From Mycobacterium tuberculosis H37Rv (lineage in GTDB: Bacteria; Actinomycetota; Actinomycetes; Mycobacteriales; Mycobacteriaceae), in contig NC_000962.3 in the NCBI RefSeq assembly GCF_000195955.2, positions 3,270,001 through 3,302,000 of the forward strand: DNA of 32,000 nt, read 5' to 3'. Shown one piece after another: positions 9,301 to 19,705 of the stretch. The notes beneath the pieces were generated by a model. The model ran no database searches. It was not told the DNA's origin and saw only the letters and a program-made list of their open reading frames with translations. Each line of letters opens with the position of its first letter. Position 1 is the stretch's first letter. The position numbers were made by a program, and so were the translations under genes.

Positions 9301-12300
9301 ACCGCGTGTAGCAGTAGCGGGCATTGCGGGTAGGCCCGTAGGCACGCAGGCTGCGCACACCCAACGGCAACAGCAGGCCACCAGTGGCCGTACCGGCCTG
9401 GACGCCCGCGCCGACCGACTGGAAACAAGCGTCCAGCAGCGCCGGGTGGATTCGGTAGGCGCCCTGCTGGAACCGGATCGACGCGGGCAGCGCGACCTCG
9501 GCCAGCACCGTCGCGGCTCCCGCCTCGGCGGTATGCGCGGTGGTCAGACCACCGAACGCGGCGCCCAAAGTAACACCACGCTCGGCGAACGATTCCCGCA
9601 TGGCGGTCCCGTTCACGGCGTGCGGATGCGCCTGCAGCAGAGCGGTGATGTCGTACCCCGGCGGCGGGCAGTCATCTTCGGCGGCGCGCAGCGCCGCGGT
9701 GGCATGCCGGGTGGTTTCACCGTCCCGGTTGGTCTCCACGGTGAAGTTGACGACACCAGGCGCGTCGATCGATGCGACGGCGTCGATCGGGGTCTGCTCG
9801 TCGAGCAACAACATCTGCTCAAAGGTGATGTCGCGAACCTCAGCCGCTTCGCCGAAGACCTCAGCGGCCGCAGCCAAAGCCATCTCGCAGTAGGCGGCGC
9901 CGGGAAGGGCGGCAACGTTATGCACCTGATGATCGCTGAGCCAGGACAGCACCGAGGTGCCAACGTCGCCCTGCCAGACGTGGCGCTCAGGTTCCTCAGT
10001 CAGCCGCACATGCGAGCCAAGCAACGGATGCACGGTGATGGTGCAGGCACCTTGTGCCCGCTGTTCTTGCCCATCATCGTCGATGAATAGGCGGGCGTGG
10101 GTCCACGCCGGCAGCGGCGCATCCACCAGCCGCCCAGCGGGATACAGCGCCGAATAGTCCAAAGCGGCGCCCGCGCGGTGCAGCTCCGTCAGCAAGCCGC
10201 GCAGACCATGCGGCAGAGGCTGCTCTCGCCGCATGCCGGCCAGGGCGGCGACCGACATGTCGAGGCTTCGGCCCGTCTGTTCGACGGCGTGGGTAAGCAG
10301 CGGGTGGGGCGACAGCTCCGCGAAGACCCGGTAGCCGTCCTCCATCGCAGCCTGCACCGCCGCGGCGAACTGCACCGTGTTGCGCAGATTGTCCACCCAG
10401 TAAGCGCCATCGCACACCGGCTGCTCGCGCGGGTCGAACAGGGTCGCCGAGTAGTACGGCACCTTGGGCGTCATCGGAGCAATGTCCGCCAGCGCCGCGG
10501 CCAAATCGTCGAGTATCGGATCGACTTGAGGCGAGTGCGACGCCACGTCGACGGCCACCTCGCGCGCCATCACGTCCCGCTGCTCCCAACGGGCGATGAG
10601 GTCACGAACGGTGTCGCTCGTACCGCCGATCACCGTGGATTGCGGGGACGCCACCACCGAGACCACAACATCGTCGATTCCGCGTGCCATCAGCTCCGAA
10701 TTCACTTGCTTGGCGGGCAATTCCACCGAGCCCATGGCACCAGCACCGGCTATGCGGGTCATCAGCTTCGAGCGGCGGCAAATGACGCGCGCCGCGTCCT
10801 CGAGCGACAGTGCCCCCGCGACGACGGCCGCGGCCGACTCACCCATCGAGTGTCCGACGACCGCGCCCGGCCGCACTCCGTAGGTTTGCTCCATGGTGGC
10901 GGCCAACGCGACCTGAACGGCGAACACTGCCGGCTGCACTTTGTCGATTCCGGTCACGGTCTGCTGCGCCGTTATCGCCTCGGTCACCGAGAATCCCGAT
11001 TCTGCGGCGATCACCGGCTCCAGCTTGGCGATGGTGGCCGCGAACACTGGTTCGCTGGCGAGCAATTGCGTGCCCATCGCCGCCCACTGCGACCCTTGCC
11101 CGGAGAAGACCCAGACCGGTCCTCGATCACCGTGTCCCACCGCCGCGTCATAGAGGGCGTCACCGTCGGCCACCTCGCGCAAACCCTCGACGAGCTCCGG
11201 CAGGTTGGCGGCAACCACCGCGGTGCGCACCGGCCGGTGCGCGCGGCCACGCGCCAGCGTGTAGGCCAGATCCGAGGCCGCCACGCAGTCCTGGTGTTCT
11301 TCCACCCAGGTGGCTAGTTGGCGGGCCGTCTGGCGCAGTGCGTCGCTGGACGTGGACGACAGCATGAATAGCCGCGGGCCCACCTCAGCGTCGCCCGGTG
11401 AACTCTCGGGTGCGGAAGCTTCTGCTGGGGCCTCTTCCACGATGGCATGCACGTTGGTCCCGGACATCCCGAACGAGGACACCGCGACCCGCTTCGGTGT
11501 GTGATCATTACCGTTGGGCCACGGCGTAACCGCTTGCGGCACAAAGAGCCCGGTCTCGACGTCGGAAAGCTCATCGGGCAGCCGATTGAAATGCAGCAGC
11601 GGCGGCACCACCCCGTGCCGCAGTGACAGAATTGCCTTGATCAGCCCGACGGTCCCCGCCGATGCCGTGCTGTGCCCCATGTTGCTCTTGGCCGATCCAA
11701 GCGCGCAGGGGGTGCCCGCGCCATACACCCGCGCCAGGCTGCGGTACTCAATCGGGTCGCCGATTGGCGTACCGGTGCCGTGCGCCTCGACCACACCGAC
11801 CGTTTCGGGCTGCACGCCCGCCGCCGCCAACGCCGCACGGTACACGGCAACCTGGGCGTCCTCGGACGGCATGGTGAGCGTCTCCGTGCGGCCGTCCTGA
11901 TTGGTGGCCGTGCCACGCACCACGGCGAAGATCCGATTACCGTCGCGCAGCGCATCCGGCAGTCGCTTCAGCAACACCATCGCGCAGCCCTCGGAACGCA
12001 CAAACCCATCCGCGTCAGCATCGAATGAATGGCACCGACCGGTTGACGACAGCATGCCCTGCGCAGACGCCGCCACACTGGCATGCGGCTCCAGCAGCAC
12101 CGCACAACCGCCCGCCAAAGCGAGGTCAGCTTCGCCGTCATGCAGGCTGCGGCAGGCCAGGTGCACCGCCATCAGACCCGAAGAACACGCGGTGTCAAAC
12201 GTCATCGCCGGACCATGTAGACCCAATGTGTGCGCGATCCGCCCTGACGCCACACTGTTGTTGAGGCCGGTAACCACATATGGACTGGCCAAACCGCCCG

Positions 12301-12715
12301 CCGTTGTGGTGAGTACCAGGTAGTCCTCGTGGGTCAGCCCAGTAAAAACGGCCGTCGAGGACCCGGCCAACGACGCCGGATCCAGACCAGCATGCTCGAT
12401 CGCCTCCCACGACGTTTCCAGCAGTAGCCGCTGCTGCGGATCGATCGAGGTCGCTTCCCGCTCGCTAATCCCGAAGAACTCAGCATCGAAACCGGCGACG
12501 TCGTCAAGGAACCCACCCCACCGGGACACCGACCGCCCGGGAACCCCTGGCTCAGGGTCGTAATAGTCGTCGGCGTCCCAGCGGTCGGGCGGAATCTCGG
12601 TGACCAAGTCATCACCGCGCAGCAACGACTCCCACAGTTTGTCGGGCGAGTTGATCCCCCCAGGAAGCCGACATCCCATCCCGATCACCGCAACGGGAGT
12701 GACACGTGATTCCAT
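6380..12715 (-). CDS. mas: Mycocerosic acid synthase, iterative type I PKS (KS-AT-DH-ER-KR-ACP)
   Basis: A 2111-aa ORF with [10 protein letters not shown] (Cys177), AT GHSMGE (10838-10855, checked on the sequence), [38 protein letters not shown] and [20 protein letters not shown] Shine-Dalgarno lies just upstream of the ATG. Confidence 0.95.
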
Positions 12716-13334
12716 ACTCTTCCAACCTCGTCTCAGCTCAACCGGTGTTACCCGACGACATCAGCGAATTTTCACACCGGGAATGAAACGGCCGCGGTGC
12801 CGCTCTCCCAGCTCTTAAGTAATCCGAGCCAACCCGGATCCCGACACCAAAGACAAGTGTTACACGACGCCAAGACCCCCCGCGGGTAGCGCTGGAATAC
12901 TAACACGAGCACATGTGCTCGCGACCGAGTCTCACCTCGGACCTGGGCAAATGACCCCATGTCGCAGGTGCATGGAGTTGTTCGGGCAGTCTCGGCGAGG
13001 TTGCAGGGCTGTTCGACCAGCGGATTTCGACACTCGGTAACGCAAGCCAGTTAGGGGCGGTCATCGGTGATGCTGCGCCACGAAGCACTACATCCGTTGC
13101 ACCGCAATTATTTTCGGTGCCCGCATGACGGGCGCAATGCCTTAATTGCGTTAGCCGGCGACCCGCCGCGGGGGCGGCGCCACATCACATCCGACCGTGT
13201 CCGATGGTGGACCCATGGCGAGCCGGCAAACCCCTGCTGAGCTGGCCAGATGCGACTTGGCTAAGACCGCGGAGCGCGAGCACACCCCGACGGCGACTGC
13301 GACAACTCCAAGCGTGGCCGGTAACGTGATGCCC
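12716..13334. promoter_or_regulatory. Divergent mas / fadD28 intergenic control region (619 bp)
   Basis: This non-coding gap lies between two divergently oriented, strongly supported genes, so it must hold both promoters. It contains a perfect 16-bp palindrome and locally AT-rich inverted repeats (see findings). The exact promoters are not determinable from sequence alone. Confidence 0.6.
12906..12921. promoter_or_regulatory. Perfect 16-bp palindrome CGAGCACATGTGCTCG, candidate operator
   Basis: I checked self-complementarity base by base. The palindrome lies 191 nt upstream of the mas ATG and directly abuts a minus-strand -10-like hexamer TAGTAT (12902-12897). Confidence 0.3.
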
Positions 13335-15077
13335 ATGAGTGTGCGTTCCCTTCCCGCTGCGTTGCGCGCGTGTGCGCGTCTGCAACCCCATGACCCGGCC
13401 TTCACGTTTATGGATTACGAACAGGACTGGGACGGCGTTGCGATAACCCTGACGTGGTCGCAGCTGTATCGGCGAACGCTGAATGTGGCACAGGAGCTGA
13501 GCCGTTGTGGTTCCACGGGTGACCGCGTGGTGATCTCTGCTCCGCAGGGACTCGAGTACGTCGTCGCCTTTCTCGGCGCGTTGCAGGCCGGGCGCATCGC
13601 CGTGCCGCTTTCGGTTCCACAAGGCGGCGTTACCGATGAACGTTCCGATTCGGTACTGAGTGATTCGTCGCCGGTGGCCATTCTCACTACATCGTCTGCC
13701 GTGGACGACGTCGTGCAACATGTTGCGCGGCGGCCCGGGGAATCCCCGCCATCAATTATCGAAGTTGATTTGCTCGATCTGGACGCTCCGAATGGGTATA
13801 CCTTCAAAGAAGACGAGTATCCATCTACCGCGTATTTGCAATACACCTCCGGGTCCACCCGCACGCCCGCTGGCGTGGTGATGTCCCATCAGAACGTTCG
13901 GGTTAATTTCGAACAGCTGATGTCTGGCTACTTTGCGGATACCGACGGGATTCCACCGCCAAATTCCGCACTCGTATCCTGGCTACCCTTCTACCACGAC
14001 ATGGGTTTGGTAATAGGAATTTGCGCACCAATTCTGGGTGGATACCCCGCGGTGCTCACCAGCCCGGTGTCGTTCCTGCAGCGCCCGGCCCGGTGGATGC
14101 ACTTGATGGCCAGCGATTTTCACGCCTTTTCGGCAGCACCGAATTTCGCCTTTGAACTAGCGGCACGAAGAACAACCGACGACGACATGGCCGGGCGTGA
14201 CCTCGGCAACATACTGACCATCCTCAGCGGTAGCGAGCGGGTACAGGCCGCGACGATCAAGCGCTTCGCCGACCGCTTTGCTCGCTTCAATCTGCAGGAG
14301 AGGGTGATCCGGCCTTCATACGGGCTCGCAGAAGCAACGGTGTACGTGGCGACGAGCAAACCGGGTCAACCACCGGAGACCGTCGACTTCGATACTGAAA
14401 GTTTATCCGCCGGCCATGCGAAGCCGTGCGCAGGCGGCGGCGCTACATCGTTGATCAGCTACATGTTGCCGCGGTCACCGATCGTGCGGATCGTCGACTC
14501 GGACACCTGCATCGAATGTCCGGACGGAACCGTCGGCGAGATCTGGGTGCACGGCGACAACGTCGCTAATGGCTATTGGCAAAAACCCGACGAGAGTGAG
14601 CGCACGTTCGGCGGAAAGATTGTCACCCCTTCGCCGGGCACACCCGAAGGTCCTTGGCTAAGAACGGGCGACTCAGGTTTCGTCACCGATGGCAAAATGT
14701 TCATCATCGGTCGGATCAAAGATCTCCTAATTGTGTACGGACGCAACCACTCCCCCGACGACATCGAGGCAACGATCCAGGAGATCACCCGCGGGCGCTG
14801 CGCGGCGATCTCGGTTCCCGGTGACCGCAGCACCGAAAAGCTGGTCGCCATTATCGAACTCAAGAAGCGTGGCGACTCAGATCAGGACGCGATGGCTAGA
14901 CTGGGCGCTATTAAACGCGAAGTCACGTCGGCTTTATCGAGTTCGCACGGTCTCAGCGTCGCGGATCTGGTTCTGGTTGCGCCTGGCTCGATCCCCATTA
15001 CCACCAGCGGGAAGGTCAGGAGAGGGGCGTGTGTCGAGCAATATCGACAGGATCAATTCGCCCGCTTGGATGCCTAG
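13335..15077 (+). CDS. fadD28: Fatty-acyl-AMP ligase FadD28 (loads Mas)
   Basis: Contains the AMP-binding motif [15 protein letters not shown] plus [15 protein letters not shown] and a C-terminal TTSGKVRR. I prefer the ATG at 13335 ([10 protein letters not shown]..., 580 aa as I recall for Rv2941). The ORF is open upstream to 13197, but that extension is low-complexity. Confidence 0.9.
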
Positions 15078-17832
15078 TCCGGCTGGCCGTCTACACAGAA
15101 TTCGGTATATCCGTTTGAAAAAGTCCTCCCCGGACTGCCGCGCCACCATCACCAGCGGGTCAGCCGACGGTCAGCGAAGGTCACCCCGGCTCACCAACCT
15201 GCTCGTCGTCGCCGCCTGGGTTGCCGCGGCGGTGATCGCAAATCTGCTTCTCACGTTCACGCAAGCAGAACCGCACGACACCAGCCCGGCGCTGCTGCCA
15301 CAAGATGCCAAGACAGCCGCCGCCACCAGCCGGATTGCGCAGGCTTTCCCCGGCACCGGTAGCAACGCTATCGCCTATCTCGTCGTGGAAGGCGGCAGCA
15401 CGCTTGAGCCGCAGGACCAGCCTTACTACGACGCCGCCGTCGGTGCCCTGCGCGCCGACACCCGCCACGTGGGATCCGTCCTCGACTGGTGGTCAGATCC
15501 CGTCACCGCCCCGCTGGGAACCAGCCCCGACGGCCGCTCCGCTACGGCCATGGTGTGGCTGCGGGGCGAGGCGGGCACCACCCAAGCTGCCGAATCCCTC
15601 GATGCCGTCCGATCGGTGCTGCGCCAGTTACCGCCCAGTGAGGGGCTTCGCGCCAGCATCGTGGTCCCGGCAATCACCAACGACATGCCGATGCAGATAA
15701 CCGCCTGGCAGAGCGCGACGATCGTGACCGTTGCGGCGGTGATCGCCGTCCTACTGCTGCTGCGGGCGCGCCTGTCGGTGCGGGCCGCGGCGATCGTGCT
15801 GCTGACCGCGGACTTGTCGCTTGCGGTGGCCTGGCCGCTGGCCGCGGTGGTGCGGGGACACGATTGGGGAACCGATTCGGTATTTTCTTGGACGCTGGCC
15901 GCGGTCCTGACGATCGGAACCATCACCGCAGCCACCATGCTGGCCGCGCGGCTCGGGTCCGACGCAGGTCATTCGGCCGCGCCCACATACCGCGACAGCC
16001 TGCCCGCGTTCGCCCTGCCCGGGGCGTGTGTCGCCATATTCACCGGCCCGCTGCTGCTGGCCCGAACCCCAGCGCTGCACGGAGTTGGCACTGCCGGGCT
16101 AGGTGTCTTTGTGGCACTTGCGGCTTCGTTGACGGTGCTGCCTGCCCTGATCGCGCTTGCCGGAGCGTCACGGCAGTTACCGGCACCAACCACGGGTGCC
16201 GGCTGGACAGGCCGGTTGTCGCTACCCGTCTCTTCTGCTTCGGCCCTGGGCACAGCGGCAGTGCTGGCGATCTGCATGCTACCCATCATCGGGATGCGGT
16301 GGGGTGTGGCCGAGAACCCGACAAGGCAAGGCGGCGCACAAGTCCTTCCGGGGAATGCGCTTCCCGATGTGGTGGTGATCAAATCCGCTCGGGACCTGAG
16401 GGACCCAGCCGCGCTCATCGCCATCAACCAGGTCAGCCACCGTCTGGTGGAGGTTCCCGGTGTGCGCAAGGTGGAGTCGGCGGCATGGCCGGCCGGTGTC
16501 CCGTGGACCGACGCCTCGCTCAGTTCCGCGGCCGGCAGGCTCGCCGACCAGCTGGGTCAGCAGGCCGGATCGTTCGTGCCGGCGGTGACTGCGATCAAAT
16601 CGATGAAGTCCATAATCGAACAGATGAGCGGCGCGGTCGACCAACTGGACAGCACCGTGAACGTGACTCTCGCCGGGGCAAGGCAAGCACAGCAATACCT
16701 CGATCCCATGCTCGCCGCCGCGCGGAACCTCAAAAACAAAACCACCGAACTGTCGGAATACCTGGAAACGATCCACACCTGGATTGTCGGCTTCACAAAC
16801 TGCCCCGACGACGTCCTGTGCACGGCCATGCGCAAGGTCATTGAACCCTACGACATCGTGGTCACCGGCATGAACGAGCTGTCCACTGGCGCCGACCGCA
16901 TCTCCGCGATATCGACACAGACAATGAGCGCGTTGTCCTCGGCACCGCGGATGGTGGCGCAGATGCGGTCGGCGCTAGCACAGGTGCGCTCGTTCGTACC
17001 CAAGCTGGAAACAACCATCCAGGACGCCATGCCGCAAATAGCGCAGGCGTCGGCGATGCTGAAGAATCTCAGCGCCGATTTCGCCGATACCGGTGAGGGC
17101 GGCTTCCACCTGTCCAGGAAGGACCTGGCGGACCCGTCGTACCGGCACGTACGGGAATCGATGTTCTCGTCAGACGGAACCGCCACCCGGCTGTTCCTCT
17201 ATTCTGACGGACAACTGGACCTTGCTGCGGCAGCACGCGCGCAGCAGCTCGAGATCGCCGCGGGCAAGGCGATGAAATACGGAAGCCTGGTCGACAGCCA
17301 GGTCACGGTGGGTGGGGCCGCGCAAATAGCCGCGGCTGTCCGCGATGCCCTCATCCACGATGCTGTGCTACTGGCCGTTATCTTGCTCACGGTAGTGGCT
17401 CTGGCCAGCATGTGGCGCGGTGCCGTCCACGGTGCTGCGGTTGGCGTGGGTGTGCTGGCCTCTTACCTCGCCGCCCTGGGGGTCTCGATTGCACTGTGGC
17501 AACACCTACTGGATCGCGAGCTCAACGCCTTGGTCCCGCTGGTGTCGTTCGCCGTCCTCGCTTCGTGCGGCGTCCCGTATCTCGTTGCCGGCATCAAAGC
17601 CGGTCGTATCGCCGACGAGGCAACGGGTGCGCGGTCCAAGGGGGCGGTATCCGGGCGGGGAGCGGTTGCGCCGCTTGCGGCGCTCGGTGGCGTATTCGGC
17701 GCTGGCCTGGTGCTGGTGTCGGGAGGTTCCTTCAGCGTGCTCAGTCAGATTGGCACGGTTGTTGTGCTCGGTCTGGGCGTGCTGATCACGGTGCAGCGAG
17801 CGTGGCTTCCGACCACGCCAGGGCGGCGTTGA
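15070..17832 (+). CDS. mmpL7: RND-superfamily lipid transporter MmpL7 (PDIM export)
   Basis: From the ATG at 15070 ([13 protein letters not shown]...) the product is 920 aa, with multiple hydrophobic helices flanking two large soluble domains. The start overlaps the fadD28 stop by 8 nt. The ORF-track start at 14731 lies inside fadD28. Confidence 0.92.
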
Positions 17833-18360
17833 CCGCCTGTTCGAGACCCCATGCCACGCTCGGCTGGCCGACGACGATCACCCATCGCAGACACCACACT
17901 TGGTAGGGGTTGCCAGTTGTTGGCCGGGTGAGTGGTCGGCGCGCCGTTGCCCGGGGTAGGGTTCGAGGTCTTTGGATGATGGGCGTTTCCACGCTGCCCA
18001 AAGGATGACCTCGACGTGTCCGAGTTCACGTTGACCGCGTGAAGTTAAACCGGTGCCGAGCGTGCACTGAGGGCGAAATCCGGCGCCGATTTTCCGCCCT
18101 GAGTTCACGTTGGGCGACGGCGCCCATGAACGACGCCACATCGCACATGGCGCTCAGGCCAAGCACCAGCCCATCTCCGTCGCCGGCCACCGTCACCGAT
18201 CGAACGACCTCGACCCCCGCCCTGGCAACAACACGCCGCTGCCCTCTACACCTCCGCGCTGTCGAAAATTGTCACGGAGCCTTGCGGGGGCTGGTGCGAC
18301 TGATATGACGCACCTTCCGCCAGAGGCTAGCCCGACGTTTACTGACGTTACTGCTGCTTA

Positions 18361-18365
18361 CCGTT
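18361..18365. repeat. Target-site duplication CCGTT (left copy)
   Basis: An identical pentamer immediately flanks both IS ends (18361-18365 and 20579-20583). Confidence 0.7.
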
Positions 18366-18419
18366 TGTCGACGGCACGTGAAAACTGACCCCGGCGCGGC
18401 ACCCGAATTTTGACCCCCT
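18366..18419 (+). repeat. IS1533 left terminal inverted repeat with two TGACCCC-containing subrepeats
   Basis: In a hand alignment with the reverse complement of 20525-20578, 24 of the first 27 positions are identical. The subrepeats are GAAAACTGACCCC and GAATTTTGACCCCC, typical of IS21-family multi-site ends. Confidence 0.8.
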
Positions 18420-18463
18420 GGTCGGGTGGACTGGCTCTACCCGAGCCAGGAGGACCGAAGGGA

Positions 18464-19705
18464 ATGTTGACTGTGGAAGATTGGGCTGAGATTCGCCGAT
18501 TGCATCGCGCGGAGGGTTTGCCGATCAAGATGATCGCCCGGGTGCTGGGGATTTCCAAGAACACGGTGAAGTCAGCGTTGGAATCAAACCAGCAGCCGAA
18601 ATATGAACGGGCACCGCAGGGTTCGATCGTTGATGCGGTTGAGCCGCGGATCCGGGAGTTGTTGCAGGCCTATCCGACGATGCCGGCGACGGTGATCGCC
18701 GAGCGGATCGGCTGGGAGCGCTCGATTCGGGTGCTCTCGGCGCGGGTGGCCGAGCTGCGCCCGGTGTATCTGCCGCCGGACCCGGCGTCGCGCACCACGT
18801 ATGTGGCAGGCGAAATTGCCCAGTGCGACTTCTGGTTTCCGCCGATCGAGTTGCCGGTAGGGTTCGGGCAGACCCGCACGGCCAAACAGTTGCCGGTGCT
18901 GACCATGGTGTGCGCCTATTCGCGCTGGCTGTTGGCGATGCTGCTGCCCAGCAGGTGTGCCGAGGACCTGTTCGCCGGCTGGTGGCGGCTGATCGAGGCG
19001 TTGGGGGCGGTGCCGCGGGTGTTGGTGTGGGATGGCGAGGGCGCGATCGGGCGCTGGCGCGGCGGGCGGTCGGAGTTGACCACTGAGTGTCAGGCGTTCC
19101 GCGGCACGCTGGCGGCCAAGGTGCTCATCTGCCGGCCGGCCGACCCGGAGGCCAAGGGCCTCATTGAACGGGCCCACGACTACCTGGAGCGCTCGTTTTT
19201 GCCCGGGCGGGTGTTTGCCTCGCCGGCCGATTTCAACGCCCAACTGGGCGCCTGGCTGGCGCTGGTGAACACCCGCACCCGCCGGGCGCTGGGTTGTGCG
19301 CCCACCGATCGCATCGGCGCGGATCGGGCCGCGATGCTGAGCTTGCCGCCGGTGGCGCCGGCCACCGGGTGGTGCACCTCGCTGCGGCTGCCCCGGGATC
19401 ACTATGTGCGCTGCGATTCCAACGACTACTCGGTGCACCCGGGTGTGATCGGGCATCGGGTGCTGGTGCGCGCCGACCTGGAGCGGGTGCATGTGTTCTG
19501 CGACGGTGAGCTGGTCGCCGACCACGAGCGGATCTGGGCGGTCCATCAGACGGTCTCCGATCCCGCACATGTGGAGGCGGCGAAGGTGTTGCGCCGCCGG
19601 CACTTCAGTGCAGCATCACCGGTAGTTGAGCCGCAGGTGCAGGTCCGCTCACTGAGCGACTACGATGACGCGCTGGGAGTCGACATCGATGGCGGGGTGG
19701 CCTGA
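18464..19705 (+). CDS. istA: IS21-family transposase IstA of IS1533
   Basis: From the ATG at 18464 the product is 413 aa, with AGGAGGA upstream. It has an N-terminal HTH (IKMIARVLGISKNTVKSAL). Candidate DDE residues sit in the QCDFW, VWDGEGA and GLIERAH contexts. Confidence 0.88.
   Translation: MLTVEDWAEIRRLHRAEGLPIKMIARVLGISKNTVKSALESNQQPKYERAPQGSIVDAVEPRIRELLQAYPTMPATVIAERIGWERSIRVLSARVAELRPVYLPPDPASRTTYVAGEIAQCDFWFPPIELPVGFGQTRTAKQLPVLTMVCAYSRWLLAMLLPSRCAEDLFAGWWRLIEALGAVPRVLVWDGEGAIGRWRGGRSELTTECQAFRGTLAAKVLICRPADPEAKGLIERAHDYLERSFLPGRVFASPADFNAQLGAWLALVNTRTRRALGCAPTDRIGADRAAMLSLPPVAPATGWCTSLRLPRDHYVRCDSNDYSVHPGVIGHRVLVRADLERVHVFCDGELVADHERIWAVHQTVSDPAHVEAAKVLRRRHFSAASPVVEPQVQVRSLSDYDDALGVDIDGGVA

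Noticed and set aside
7166-11317. 502-aa (7166-8674) and 406-aa (10097-11317) plus-strand ORFs, plus many shorter ones, opposite mas
   Set aside because: They show the same Arg/Gly/His-rich off-frame signature. mas on the other strand is fully supported by KS, AT, DH, ER, KR and ACP motifs.
14731-15069. The ORF-track start of the mmpL7 frame at 14731 (a 113-codon extension), and similarly 13197-13334 for fadD28
   Set aside because: The mmpL7 extension lies wholly inside fadD28 in another frame and is Arg/Ser-rich junk. The fadD28 extension is low-complexity ([10 protein letters not shown]). In both cases the shorter proteins begin with sequences I recognise as the native N-termini.
18022-18112. 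A relationship between the 12-bp repeat GAGTTCACGTTG and the IS1533 terminal repeat (shared ACGTGAA on the opposite strand), suggesting extra IstA-binding sites or a decayed IS end
   Set aside because: Only a 7-nt match is shared. That is expected by chance at the several-percent level in a region of this size, and there is no extended alignment with the IS ends.
18039-18388. 89-aa and 92-aa plus-strand ORFs in the mmpL7-IS1533 gap as real genes
   Set aside because: They overlap each other in different frames and have no motifs. My hand count of third-position G+C for the 89-aa ORF is about 70%, below the ~80% I recall as typical of genuine genes in this genome. No convincing ribosome-binding site is present.
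18584-19603. A 339-aa minus-strand ORF antisense to istA
   Set aside because: It is low-complexity and Arg/Pro-rich, has no motifs, and is nested inside a recognisable IS21-family transposase gene.
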